64,000 nt of DNA from Eledone cirrhosa (GCA_964016885.1 CAXHJY010001549.1:124001-188000); one strand, 5' to 3'; positions 40,914 through 55,383 are shown, counted from the stretch's first letter. Numbers and translations are program-made. Notes: generated from the letters alone by a model not told the origin.

Positions 40914-41057
40914 CTACAAGGCGGGGTTAAAGAAAGGGGTGTGCATAAAAATTAGGCCATTCAAAAAAAAATTTCAGCCCTACTAGGAACTGGTTGTATG
41001 GTGGGGGGAGAGAGAGAAAAACAACATATACACATTCTACAGATGGAAAAAACTCAC

Positions 41058-41120
41058 CTGAGATGAACTTGTCGGCATCACATAGTCTTCATTCGTTCTC
41101 CTTATAGCAAGTGTAGCCAT
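41058..41120 (-). CDS. Sp1-4: Sp1/Sp3/Sp4-class transcription factor, coding exon 1 (MATLAIRRTNEDYVMPTSSSQ)
   Basis: ATG at 41120 directly preceded by an in-frame TAA; 63 nt; CAG|GTGAGT donor, phase 0; joins exon 2 to give SQDNQPSPLALLAATCSKIG, the Sp box context. Confidence 0.8.
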
Positions 41121-41520
41121 TTAATGCCGAAGCAAACCATTGATGTGGATACTGGATCGATCGTGGCAGGCATCTGTTCGCCATAGATGGGAAGTCCACG
41201 TTCCTTGCTTGGAGGCCATGGAGGCGACTGACTCAAGTGAGCGTATTCTTCCGCGTTAACCGAAACACACACCTTCTTTTTGTCTATATGCATACGCAAT
41301 TGAAAATAGCATGCGGCCAAATAATAATACTTTATGTTCAATTTTGAAGAATAGTCAACAAAATCGATATTAATATGGAGGCTTTTGATTATTTTGTTGA
41401 AAGGTTTCGATCTTAGTGTACAGAGAAAATTATATTAGTAATAAGTGGGAGGGAGAACTATGTTGGCAACAACGGCCCTAATATTGTTAAAGGCGGGCTG
41501 ATTGACAGAGTTGGTTGGAT
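41121..41520 (-). promoter_or_regulatory. Putative 5' UTR / proximal promoter of Sp1-4
   Basis: TE-free, relatively CpG-rich sequence upstream of the ATG; GC-box-like AGGCGGGC at ~41491; TSS not determined. Confidence 0.4.
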
Positions 41521-41714
41521 AAAAATGCACGATAAATGTTAAAATTGATATAATAATGTCATTTGCAATATTGAAAAAATTATAAAATTACATTGTTTAT
41601 AAATATATATATATAAATATATAAATTTAGTTTTCAATTAATATACATAAATATAATTTCTACTTTATATATATATATTATGTGTGTGTATATATATATA
41701 CAGACACATATATC

Positions 41715-41774
<60 letters not shown>

Positions 41775-42230
41775 CGTATTATACAGATATATATATCTGT
41801 ATATTATGTGTGTGTGACTGAAGGGGAGGGTAGAAAGTGGTAGTAACCCAACAGAAAAGTGACGCAGTAAATCCTATATGGGAGGAGATAAGTGAAGTAG
41901 TACCAGAGAGAGGGTGGAGGAACGGCGAGAGTAGAACACACAAAGAGAGTAATATATATGTGTGTATATAATATATAGAGAGATATGTATATATATATAT
42001 ATAATTAGTGTTGTTAATAGACAGAGAGAAAGAATAAGTTAGACAGGGAAGAATTAGGAGGGATCTTATAAAAATTCTCTCTCTCTTATAAACGATATAT
42101 TAGCGAGAACGAAATAGTGGGAGTGGAAAAAAATATTTTAGTGAAATAAAGAATATGACTAATGAAGAAAGAGGATGGAAAAACGAACGACAGTAGTAAA
42201 TCACTAACAATAGATGAATTATATATACAT

Positions 42231-42294
<64 letters not shown>

Positions 42295-42914
42295 GTATAT
42301 ATATATATATATATATTATATTATAGTATATGCATCACGCAATCGACGTGGTAAAGAAAAAGGTAGAGACCATACATACTAACATACTAAAACGGTTACG
42401 CATAATAAAACAATCAACCACCATATTACTTACATAGAGAGAGAAGTAAAATAAAGTTTTCACGTCCAGCCAGCCAAACAATGTTCCCTTTTTAAATAAC
42501 TTTTTTTTTTTACGAAATTCTCCGAACACACCTCCTGATTGCTTACAAAACGAATAGAGGATGGAACGATGATGGAGATTTAAATTTTTTTTATTTTATT
42601 TTTATTCTTCCGCCTAAGAAAAAAAGTCCGTTGAAAAATGGTTAAAAAAAAGTCATTTACGATGTCACTGATCGCAAATATTGAGAAGAGAAATTTTGTA
42701 GATAATAGAAACTGTTTCCTTCTTAAAATAATCCGATAATGTTTATATATATATATATATATAAATCTAGATTTGTATATACATGTATAGATATATATAC
42801 ATGTATATATATAGAGAGATTTATATATACATATATATATATATATTTATATATAAATCTAAATTTATGTTTGCGAGTATATATATATATAATAAATAAA
42901 TATATAATATATAA

Positions 42915-42981
<67 letters not shown>

Positions 42982-43054
42982 AATAAATAATATATAAATA
43001 TATATAATATATATATATATATATAAATATATATAATATATAAATATATATAAT

Positions 43055-43088
<34 letters not shown>

Positions 43089-45820
43089 ATATATAAATAT
43101 ATATAATATATAATATATATATATATACACAAGCACACACTGGTCTACGTATATATATATTTTTTTTCTATATGTATTTACATGTATGTGTAGTAACAAT
43201 TGTACAATCTGGCTTGTTGCTAAGTCGATACGTTCGCCTTTTTTTTTTATGCCCCCCCCCCCCTTTTTTTTCGCGCACTCACATCTACGCCTTTATTATA
43301 GATTCTCTCTTTCTTTCGTTCTCTTCTTTCTTTCCCTCTCTCATTCACTCTTTCTCCTACGCTTCCTATTTTTTTTTAATGGAATAACTCTATCTTCTCT
43401 CAACTAAAATATAGGCTGATAACCAAATTACGGCCAGGTCAAAGGCGGAGCAAACCAGTCATGTTTTTTTTTTTCTAACTCCCCTTAAGGTGGTAATTCA
43501 TGTATGTATATCCACACATAGACATAGACACGTTACACATGTATATATATATATATATATGTATGCATGTGTAATGCATAATAATTGCTGAGAAAATCGG
43601 GTAAAATACCCTGCAATCGCGAAAAGGTGCCTGCCAGAAATCGAATCTCGCATCTATAGGATGCCGGGCAAGTGCGTTAACCACGACACTAAATAGCCAC
43701 TGGCTACCAATTCTGTCTTTTTAGAAGAGTTTAACTCTGCAGCTATAAGTGTAATCAAAGCTGTCCCTAAAGTCCTTCATTAGATTTTCTCATTTATGAT
43801 TGAGACTGATCAACTTTTATTATGGTCATTTGCATAGGGATGTAGACATTTCAAATTTTTCCCATTGCTTCTTAAGTCAACTGCTTTGATTACATTTCTA
43901 GCTACACACTCACGCACATACCTATACCTACTTACATACATACATACATACACGCGCGTACATGCATAAATACATACACATATATACGCACATACATACA
44001 TACTTATACACAAACATAAATATATACATGCATACGAAAGTATATTTACAATTTATTTTTAAATTGTTTAAACAAGCATATATTATATAATTACGCGAAG
44101 GTTGTATATAATTATGTAGCTGCATATAATTAAGTAAAGGTAATATTGTACTTTTAAATAGATTTCAAAAACTGTCCTTTAATATGGAGACAAACACGTG
44201 AATACATTAGACAAACATATTTTTAATAACATATGTTTACATTACACGAATATAAAGTCATATTGCTATGTCGTGAGTGCTACGTAGATAAAGAAAATAT
44301 CATCAATTAATTATTTCTGTCTAGCTTATTGACATTGTATATCGCTAAAGGTATGTTCCATCTCAACATCTGTGTATTATCAATAACGAAGGTGAAATCT
44401 ATAATTTATCGAAACATGTTTGAAAAGTCGATAATTCAGGACGCAATTATTCATCGCATAAGATACGATAAAGGGAAATAGACTTAAGTTTTGAAAATGA
44501 ATTTAAAACAAAATTACAGCCGTTGCATTTAATATTGTAAATAAATCTAGAGCTTCACTACATTTTACATCGATTTTCAATTGATGGAGTATCTTTTTTT
44601 TGTTGTTTTTTTTCTTCTTTTTTTTTTAATGATTGCTACTGAACAAGGTTTTAGCTTCTGTGCAAAGCTCACAACTCACCGCCTTTAGCACACGCCCGCA
44701 TGTACACACACACACATATATAAAAATATTAATATATGCATGTTTGTGAGTATTCATGTGTATGTAAGCGTTTGGTTGATTCCTCACCCTCATTTCCTTA
44801 GACACACACATTATATGGTTCCTCATTAGTTAACTATTTCCTTCTAAGTTCATATAAAGACATGTTTGTATGAAGATAATAAAATGTCAAAACTTTCTTA
44901 CAATTGGATTCCCTTCCTAAAACTAAAATACTTTGTTTTTCTTCTACAGAATTATGTTCTCTCTCTTAATTGTATCATAATAATAATTGTTTCTACTTTT
45001 GGCACAAGGCCAGCAATTATCTAGTACATTACTGGTACTTTATTTTATCGACCCCGTAAGGATGAAAGGCAAAGTTAACCTTGGTGGGATTTGAACTCAG
45101 TTCGTAAAGGCATGTAGCTCTATGCTGCAAAGCATTGTGTTCAGCCCTCCACCTATACTGCCAATCCACCATGATTGTATCATAATAATAATGGTTTCTG
45201 ATTTAGATACAAGACCAACAATTTTCGGTGAGGGGAAGTCGATTAAATCAACCCCAGTGCATTACTGGTAATTTATTTTATTGACCTCCATAAGGATGAA
45301 AGGTAAAGCTAACTTTGGTGGTATTTGTACTCAGAATGTAAAGAGCAATACCTATATGTTGCAAAGCATGTCTGATGCTCGACCGACTACTGTCACTCCA
45401 CCGCTTAGTAATAGTGATGGTTTCTGATTTAGGTACAAGGCCAGCAATTTTGAAGTAGATGTCTAGAGTTTCCTCAAGAACATCATCGCTTTCATCCGCC
45501 ACTAACCCTATATAGAATACGAAGGTGGAGTTTCCACTGATCATATTGTCCAATTGGCAGAAGGCTGTGAGCGCCTGAAGACATTCCAGTTTCCAAGCAC
45601 TCCCCCTCAGTCGCCGCTTGACCCAGAACTGCAGCAACGTTAAGGAGATGAGCTGAGGGTACAAAAAAAAACATATATGACAAAAAAAAAAGAACATTAC
45701 AAGAAATCCCATATTTACCAATTTCCCAAACCCCTGCTTATAAGCTTATAAGAATCTAAGCAAATGTCCAGCACCCCCCTATTTTTTGGGACCTGAGAGT
45801 ACTGCTCTCAAAATCATAAA

Positions 45821-46285
45821 CCACCAGATTATGTTACACCTTGAGATACCATCAACCACCAGATCTTACAACATCTGGAGATATCATCAACCACCAGATG
45901 TTGTTACATCTTGAGATACCATCAACCACCTGATCATGTTACAATTTGAGGTACCATCAATCACCAGATCTTGTTATATCTGGAGATACCATCAACTACC
46001 AGATCTTGTTACATGTTGAGGTACCATCAATCACCAGATGTTGTTACATCTTGAGATACCATCAATCACCAGATCTTGTTATATCTGGAGATACCATCAA
46101 CTACCAGATCTTGTTACACCTTGAGATACCATCAACCACCAGATCTTACTACATCTGGAGATATCATCAACCACCAGATGTTGTTACATCTTGAGATACC
46201 ATCAACCACCTGATCATGTTACATCTTGAGATACCAACAACCACCAGATCTTGTTATATCTGGAGATACCATCAACTACCAAATC
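45821..46285. repeat. 35-bp minisatellite, ~13 copies, with higher-order structure
   Basis: Consensus CCACCAGATCTTGTTACATCTTGAGATACCATCAA. Confidence 0.95.
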
Positions 46286-49020
46286 ATTAGAACTTCACTG
46301 AACCTATTAGAAAAAAAAGGACCAACTGACTGACTGAACCAAGGTAATGGTCCTCATTGGTGTTTCCATTGCTGAAAATCTCTGCCAGTTGCCACTCCTA
46401 GTAGAAGGTAGGATTTGAACTCAGAATGCGGTACTTGGATGGATCCTTCTCAGTACAGCATCTCTCCACTCACCATGTTTCTTTGTCATCTCCTCTGTAA
46501 GATCAGCTCTCACCACCTCTGCCCAGGTCTTTCTCAATCTACCTCTACTGTGACTTCCTTCCACTAACATTTCCTGGCACTTCTTCCCTCATCGGTCATC
46601 ATCTATGTGCATCACGTCTGTGCCAACTCAGTCGTCTCTCTTGCACACCACCTCAGATAGAAAATCGGGTAGAGACGCCTTAAGCGGCTAGTGACTGCTG
46701 GCCACTTTTTTCTGGTTATAAGGGGTCTTTACTTGATTTTTCTCAGCTAATTATAGCAGCCGACTGTATTTATAGTTAGACTTCTGTGTCCGAGTTTTCT
46801 ATATCTTCTATGAACCTCATAATCCCTCAGCATTTCAAAAGTTCCAACTTTGTAAGACTTTAATTTAATACTGCAAATTTTTACAATCTGTTCACTAGTA
46901 AAGATACTATAAACATTTAATTAACAAACCTACTTTTAGATATTTTTATGCAAAATCATTACATTAAATATCCAAAATATTGATTTCTTTTAACAAGACA
47001 CAAAGCAAAAGTTTTATTGGGAATGGATTAGTTAAGTTGAATCAACAGCATTATATAAGCTGTGGAATAATGACAAATAAAAATAGCCCATGAATAAAAC
47101 AGGTTTTAAGGTTTGTGAGAAACTACCATAAGAAAACGAATACAGGATGTTCAACTGTTGTTATTATCATTTATTACACTTTTATTGGTTATTATATGTT
47201 ATTGTGTAATATAGACACAGCCTGGTCGAATGGTTAGAAAGTTTGTTTTTGCAATCATTGGATCCTGAGTTTGATCTCACTGTGTGATATCTTGGGCAAG
47301 TGTCACTCCCCATAGCCTCAGGTCCACCGATGACTTGTGGGTAGATGGAAACTGTTTGGATGGACTGTACCTGTAGTGGGAATTTAAAGGGTTAACCTTG
47401 TCACACTGAATCTCTTTGAGAATTACTTAAGGGTACACATGCCTGTGAAATGCTCAGCCACTTACATGTTAATTTTATGAACAGATCAACCTACTGGAAC
47501 ACTCATCATTGAAACTGGTGGAGATCCATCATTATTGCTGAGTGAAGATGAAGAGCAGCACTCAATACTGGTGTAAAAGGAGGGTGGTATCCTGAAAATG
47601 GAGACCTTATACAAATACTTGTAACAGATCTATTAAATGGCAAAATGGCAATAATAAACTGGACAATAGATTAAGTCTAATGCTCCAAAACTCAGAACAA
47701 ATACTGCATTACTTGCTCAAGGACATAACACATCACCCAGTCCGGGACTCGAATTCACAACTTCACGATTGCAAGCCCAATGCTCTAACCACTAAGCCAT
47801 GCACCTTCACAAGTTTGATAATTAAATATATTTAACCTTTTAATGTTCAAACCAGCCAAAACTGGCCAGAATTCTCTACCTCTTTCTGTTGAAACTGGCT
47901 GTAACTGGTTGATCAAACTGATGTTAAGGTATTGTTATTAAAATAAATACTTTCAAAATCTCATAGATTCGATATTATGTGAGATAATTAGGCGAGGTAA
48001 AGCCTTTACCATAAAAATATAATAGTATATATAGAGTAATGTAAATGCTAAAGGGTTAACAAGATTCTTACCTTTAGAATTAAAAATTTTAAAGTAGCAA
48101 GTATTCTAAATTTTGAAAAAATAGTAGTGTGCAGGTCCAACAAAAAATAGTAGTGTGCAGTTCCAATAAAAAATATAATCTATTTGTTGTAACCCAATAT
48201 GGTGACTGTATAAAACCCCTTTTATCTTCTATCCTGTCCAAATTCCACATTATAATTCTTCTATTCAGATTTAATATTACACTTCTGTATTTATATTCTC
48301 TATCATTACTTTTATAGTATATGTAATTTTCTCAGACTCATTTCAATACCACCATCGTGTTAGATGACTTGGAAAATGGGGAATTTTCTGATAATTTTTA
48401 GACTATTTTGTAATCATACATTTATCTAAACATCAGACAACTGCCAATCCATCTCTGATAATAATTGTTTCTACTTTTGGCACAAGGCCAGCAATTACTC
48501 AGTGCATTACTGATAAAATAAAGTCCCAGTAATGCACTGGGTAATTGCTGGCCTTGTGCCAGAAGTAGAAATAATTATTATCATAGATTCACCTCATAGC
48601 TTGTTATTTGGAGAAAAGGTTTTCCTTGACTGACTGATTTTCCCAATAATTCCCATCTATCGGAATAATAAACAGAACTTGAATGCCATTTTTAGTGTGT
48701 CAAGTGTATTCTGCAAGCAGTATCCATCACCACTGAAATAGTTATTTATAGAAATAGGAATTACCAAACCATTAACTTATCATTAGCATTTCTAATTTAT
48801 TTTTTAAGTTCTAACAAACTAGAAAATTATAAATTAACAATTTCAGATGATGTCTCTCCAGCCTCAACACCTATCCCCACCCCCTCACATGCAGAAGAAT
48901 TATTTCAGGAATTCTATCAAGAGGTATTAGGTATGCAAGAAATGATTCCAATTATTTTGTTTGAGTATCTAAATAATAATTGAATCACCAACATCTTTTT
49001 ATATATCTGTTTCTCTTTAC

Positions 49021-49241
49021 TTACTACATCTGTTGAACAAATCCTCTTCAGTCTTGTGTCTTAAGTTTACTACATCTGTTGAACAGATCTTCTTCAGTCC
49101 TGTGTCTTAGGTTTACTACATCTGTTGAACAGATCCTCTTCAGTCCTGTGTCTTAGGTTTATTACATCTGTTGAACAGATCTTCAGTCCTGTGTCTTAGG
49201 TTTACTACATCTGTTGAACAGATCCTCTTCAGTCTTGTGTT
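49021..49241. repeat. 46-bp minisatellite, ~5 copies
   Basis: Unit TTACTACATCTGTTGAACAGATCCTCTTCAGTCCTGTGTCTTAGGT. Confidence 0.92.
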
Positions 49242-49443
49242 AGGACTTGTTGCAGCCTTTATTAGTTTCTTTGTGGGATTCAGCATCCTGAGATCAAACT
49301 TTACTACTTCCTCCATCATGTCTTCCTTCTACTTGAATTACTTGAAATGGTAGGGCCGAAGCACTTGCTTAAGGAAAGTGAGGAGGTTCTTTTCTGAAGA
49401 CCTACTGTCCAGCTCTCCTGACAGTTTCTTACCACGTATATAA

Positions 49444-49486
<43 letters not shown>

Positions 49487-49487
49487 A

Positions 49488-49832
49488 AGGCGCATGATTT
49501 AGTGGTTACAGTGTCTGGCATTCAATCATTAGGTTGTGAATTCAATTCTCGGATCGGGCTTTGTGTTGAGTTCTTGAGCAAGACACTTTATTTCATGTTG
49601 CTCCAGTTCACTCAGCAGTAGAATGAGTTGTAACGTTACTGATGCCAAGCTGTATTGGCCATTGCCTTTCCCTTGGACAACATCAGTGATGTGGAGAGGG
49701 GCGACTGGTATACATGGGTGACTGCTGGTCTTCCACAAACAACCTTGTCCGGATTTGTGCCTTGGAGGGGAACTTTCTAGGTGCAAATCCCATGGTTATT
49801 CATGACCGAAGGGAGTCTTTACCCTTTACCCT
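49488..49832 (+). mobile_element. tRNA-derived SINE (related head); similar copies at 1209-1460, 47220-47525, 59210-59480, 63135-63435
   Basis: Pol III A/B-box-like head plus TCTTGAGCAAGACACTTTATTTCA domain. Confidence 0.8.
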
Positions 49833-51039
49833 ATATATATATATATATATATGTGTGTATAACAACACTTGCTTGAGGAGGTGGGAAGTTCTTCTCTGAA
49901 GACCTTCTGCTGACCAGCTCTCCTGAGAACTTTGTACCACTATCATCATTATCTGGTCAAGCTTGTTCAATTAATATTCTGTAAAAAAACATAATAGAAT
50001 ATTCCACTTGCTATATTTCCATAAGCTGAAACTACACCCCATCTAGAGCAGGACTGAGGGAACCATTTTAATACCAGGGAAAATTACAAGTACACAAAAA
50101 ACCTGTGGAAGGACATCTTTAATTTTTCAAATTCATAGGTATGCAACATATATCAAATTACTATTATGGTTTTAGAATTTTACAGCTTAAATTGTTTTTT
50201 GGTTTGTTTGTTTTTTCAAGTGGGCTTTTATTGACATAGTCAGCGGGTGTTTTCAAATTTGAATGTGGGCGAGGGAATGCTCACCATGTTCTAGATAGAG
50301 ACTTGGTATTGAATAAGCCAAGCAAGTTATCTAGAATTAAGAAACATATACCTACATACTGATACAATACGAACCACTTTCACGTGTGTGAAACTTACAA
50401 ATCAAATATGAAACGTATTTCTATGTCAAGTACAAGGAAGTATTTATCTAGCGACGAAATATTAACGGCTGATAATGAGAACAGGAGACGTATTCTCGAT
50501 AGCTTTAACAATGAATGCTCTAGTGCTTGTGGACCGCCATGGGTTCACGATAACTAGAGCACATAGAATAGCCATCCACGCAGAAAAATGACCACCATAT
50601 GGTAAAGATTTCATTAGTGAAGTGATAAAGAAATCAACATCAACGAAGACGACGGAGAAGGAGGTCCATGTGAAAAATGTCTGTTTCAAGTTATTGTTGC
50701 TGTTGTCGTCGTTGTAACGCCCTTTCCACCGTCTATCACTCCTACTACCATTTCGTGTTAACGTCTTCCTCCGCGGCGGCCGTCTTACATTCAGCCCTGC
50801 CTCTCACTATTACCTTCATTAATTAATCTAACAATGTACACTACTATTCAAATTAATCAGACACTTCGGCTTCTCCAATTTCCTCTAATTTATAACCCTA
50901 TTTTACAATGAACATATATAATTATTGTTTTACTTCGAGGTTTATATATTTATTTATTGTTAGATTGTTACAATTAGTAGTAGTTGTAGCAGCAGCAGCA
51001 GCAGCAATAGTAGTAGTAGTCAAATTTACATCCTACAAT

Positions 51040-51117
<78 letters not shown>

Positions 51118-52417
51118 TGTGTGCGTGTGTATGTATTATGTATGTATATGTATCGATGAATAATTCATTACGCATTAATTTTAAATATTATGTGTGTGGT
51201 GTAGAAATATTAGCCCCAAATAAATAAGCTCCGTTTGTCTCCGACAACTTCTAACATATCCTTTCGGTAAGCGATTTCTATACAATATGTGATTTAGGAA
51301 AGTGAAACCAATAGGTTTGTTACGTAATGGACACATCATAGTTAAACCACTAAAATATATTTTCTTAATTATACAACGAGGCCAAAATATCAGTGGTAAG
51401 AAAAGGGGGAGGGGAGCTGAACTGGTTTGATAGAGGGGAAGGGGGTCATTATAATATTTATGTTTTGACCCTGGATAGCCGGTGGTTGTGTTCCTAAACC
51501 CTACCGTTATATAAGAAAGACCATGTGTGACAAAAATTCTAGAGACAAAATTACCGCTTTATTATTTTTTTCAATCTATATTTTGTAAATTTAACTGAAT
51601 GACTTTAACGGAATTTGCTTTCTCTGCCTTTATTAATTGACGATTAAAATGGCGAGACTTTTTTTCTACTCGATAGTAGTAGCATATAAGCATAATATTA
51701 TCTATATAACCGTTTAACTTTCTTATAACTTAACAATTTCATCACAATTTCTTATCTTAGGAAAATAAATTGAAGTTATTTTTCATAAAGATATCTTAGA
51801 ATTCGAATGCTAGTATTGATATAGGAGTTTGAATATGTGATCTTCCACCAAATAACATTGTTTCACAGTCTGATGAGACGTGGGGTTAAGATATGACAAG
51901 GTGTTTAAGATCTAATTAACTAGTGTGGTTTTGTTGATTTAGATGATGGCAACAATAAACATCGAACGCCCATTTTGGTGTGGCCAGCTCGGTAGATCAG
52001 GGCGGGCCGCTCCATATTTTTAGTACACATTCTTAAACTCAACTCCTCTTTTATGCTCATCATTGTTATTGTCGTCGTTGTCATTATTATCACCTTCATC
52101 GTTACCACTCATTACCACCACTACTATCATCATTACCATCTCTAGTTTCTTCATTACTACCACTATCATAATTAGCAACATCATCATCGCTATGATCATT
52201 AACCATCTAAAATATCGACTTAAAACAGCGACACATTTTTAAAGCTAATTTAATCAAAGCAATATTGAATTCGGATCTGGTGTTGTCTTCTTGGCCTATA
52301 ATTGATATTAGATGAGTAACTTTCTTCAAATGCAAGATCGTCATTTATTGAAGAAACGAGCAGTTATAATACATATCGCACTATATATATATAATATATA
52401 TATGTTTTGTTTCCTTG

Positions 52418-52452
<35 letters not shown>

Positions 52453-53292
52453 ATATTCACATGTACTTAGAATATCACTCTACCTCACAGTATTGAGTAC
52501 TTTATTTTGTTTACTCACACCATGGTACTACCAATCCATTTTACTACTATTCCTTGTAGTTTCTCTCTGCTTTCTTCTAGTAGCAGGTTTTACTAGCAAA
52601 CATGTTAGTTTATTTACACCCCCAAACACCTTTCAACACACTATATACTGTATGTCTGCTACAAACGTGGTGTGTAAACATACACATACGTGTTTGTGTA
52701 AACACACTACACTTGCAGGTCATATATAGTATGTAGCATGATCATACATAGGTTTGTTTTGTTTTGTTTTCAGGCGTGAATAAAAACCAACACGGCGTGT
52801 TTGTTACTACGATCTGCTAACAAAAATATGGGAGGAAGCTGTTGTGTATGTATTTATTGTAGTTAGTGGTGTGGTTATCACTACAATCCGCCACTAACTG
52901 GATTCTTTTTTAATGCTAGAAATAGTAGACATCGACAGAATCTATAGAAGTAGAAGTATATATAGTAGCTAAGAGAACAATTAGGTGGTAGTAGAAAAAG
53001 CAGCCGCTATTATAGTACTGATTGGTAGGTTAGTGGCGGTTTTACTAAATAGCACACCCAGTTGTTGGAAACAACCACTCCCTCTGTAATTGCACGAGAA
53101 AAAAGAAAAGAAAGTAACACCACAAAACAATAGGGAAAACATTTCCCCTAATTGTTCAAATTATATTTTCAACGAACTTGCAGTATCTTATGCTCTTGAT
53201 AAAACCTTGTTAAATTTTTCATACATTACCACCATTAAGTATACCGTAAAAGTAAACCATTCGGCTAGATTCACACCTACATACCGCTTTCT

Positions 53293-53344
<52 letters not shown>

Positions 53345-54064
53345 AATATACAACCACGTGTGCGTATACATAAATGTAGATAATATTTTTGGTGGGTAAA
53401 TATGCATAAACGTGGTATATATGTGCACATTATAGATAATGTTAAACTGAGGTGTGACAAATCTGTTTAGATTTGTGTATATATAAATGAATATTTTAGC
53501 TATTCGCATATATATATATATATGTGTGTGTGTATGTGTATGTATGTGTGTAGCTATACATTAACATACATGTGTATTTAACTAAACACGTACGTGTCTA
53601 TATGTATCACGTATACAAACAGGTGTATACGGTTGATTAGACTATTACTGTTAGATTTTTTAAAAGATTTTGTCATTTCGAATGTCTTCCTAAAGACTAA
53701 AACAAAATCATTTTTTTTTAACGAAACCAAAACATTAACCGCCTTTTCTCCTTTTCATTTTGCCCATCCTACTTCATCAGATGCTTTTAACTCCAGAATT
53801 TTTTTCACTCAAGGTTCTCATTTGTACTTTCGTCTGTAATTATCTTACAGAGTATCTGCTTTTTTCCCATTTAATGCTTTTTTTTTTGCTTTTTTTAATG
53901 TCGAAAGTAATCATCGATATAAAGCCACCACCACCACTACTACTACTCAATTGTGCTACTACTCAGTTATCTTTCCAAGAGCCTTCTCAAATATTTCACT
54001 CTCGACTACTACTAACTATCACCATCACTACTACCACCATTACTACTACTACTACTACTACCAT

Positions 54065-54097
<33 letters not shown>

Positions 54098-55098
54098 CAC
54101 TACTACTACTTTTGCTACTGCTCAGTTATCTTTCTAAGAGCTTTCTCAAATATTTCACTATCTGAAACAGATGGAAGCTTTATGTAAGGCCTTACTCCTC
54201 CCTTTCAACATTCTGGGAGGTTCTCCTCGTCATTTCCTACATTATTTTCTTATCCCGTCGAGGTTAACTTTGCTTTTCATCCTTACCGGGTCGATTAAAT
54301 AAAGTACCAGTAAAGAACTAGGTAATTGGTGGCCTTGTGCCAAAAGTAGAAACAATTATTTATCGTATATCATCTTTTTGAAACAATACTAGCACGTCAC
54401 GACTTATTAGTAAAACATCTCTTAATTTTATTCTTTTGCACCATATGTAGATTAGAGTTGCTTTAGTAATTGGGTGTGGTTTAACATATTTCTACAATAC
54501 ATATGCAATTGTAGTCTTGTGTGTGTGTGTGTGTATATAACGAAGGAAGTGTGCTAAGGAACCAAGTGGGCCATAACGCACCAGAGCACTCGATTCTTAG
54601 GGTGGGTAATAGGAAAAGAGTCAAGAACTTGATAGAAACTGCTTTTCATACCCACGCATCTCTGTCTGCTTAATATGCTTTTATACCTGTATTGTAGTAT
54701 GTGATACCTTTGCCATACTGTGATATATATGCTTAGTACCATTGCTTGTTTCTTACCTGGTTATTCTGTACATGCCTAATACATCTGCACTCTTTCTATA
54801 CGTTTGCATATGTACCGCTAATGTCCTCATTTTGCGAATAACTTTCTTCTTTAATTCCTCTATAATTGTTGTATTATTCTTTTATAATCTTTGTCGCATC
54901 CACTGATACTGACCGATGACAACACTAATATCTACGTATCTTTACAATTGCTCTGTGGAATAGGAGGTTAATTATATGTCTAAACTTTGCTAGTGCTCCG
55001 ATGAATCCAAACGAAAGTTTGAAAGAAACGATTGTCATCAATAAAGTGTTTTGAACATAGTTTTGATTATTCTGTAATTATATATATATATATATATC

Positions 55099-55290
55099 TG
55101 AAAAATCCGGGACCCCGACGGGTGAGCTCCTGTCGTTTCAACAGCTAGATCCGATATAGCTGTTGAAACGGCAAGAGCTCAGCCGTCGACTCCGAATTTT
55201 TCATATTACCTACTCTACTACCCCAAGTATCGAGTACTCTGGTGAGTAATAGTAATAATCTAACTGATTTTTATTGCATCCATTCTGATA
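55099..55290 (+). mobile_element. Short fold-back PLE-like element; family members at 10441-10537, 35762-35820, 60541-60870, 61681-61840
   Basis: Hairpin 55099-55203; GAAACGGC...GCCGTC hammerhead 3' half; shared tail ending ...CATTCTGA(TA)n. Confidence 0.7.
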
Positions 55291-55383
55291 TATATATATA
55301 TATATAAGCTATTCCGGGTTGAATCGAAGGTAACCACAGAAAAATCATTTCACGAATGAAACAGTTCTAGTCCCGTAGAAGCT

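Noticed and set aside
39220-40955. Plus-strand and alternative-frame ORFs over Sp exon 2
   Set aside because: Shadow ORFs of a relatively GC-rich coding exon
49245-49980. Decayed protein-coding exon with an internal ~75-bp duplication
   Set aside because: No consistent frame; part matches the RTE C-terminus (EVVKFDLRML) and a SINE interrupts it
53930-54160. Poly-Thr/poly-Tyr ORFs
   Set aside because: (CTA)n microsatellite between two ~50-bp direct repeats
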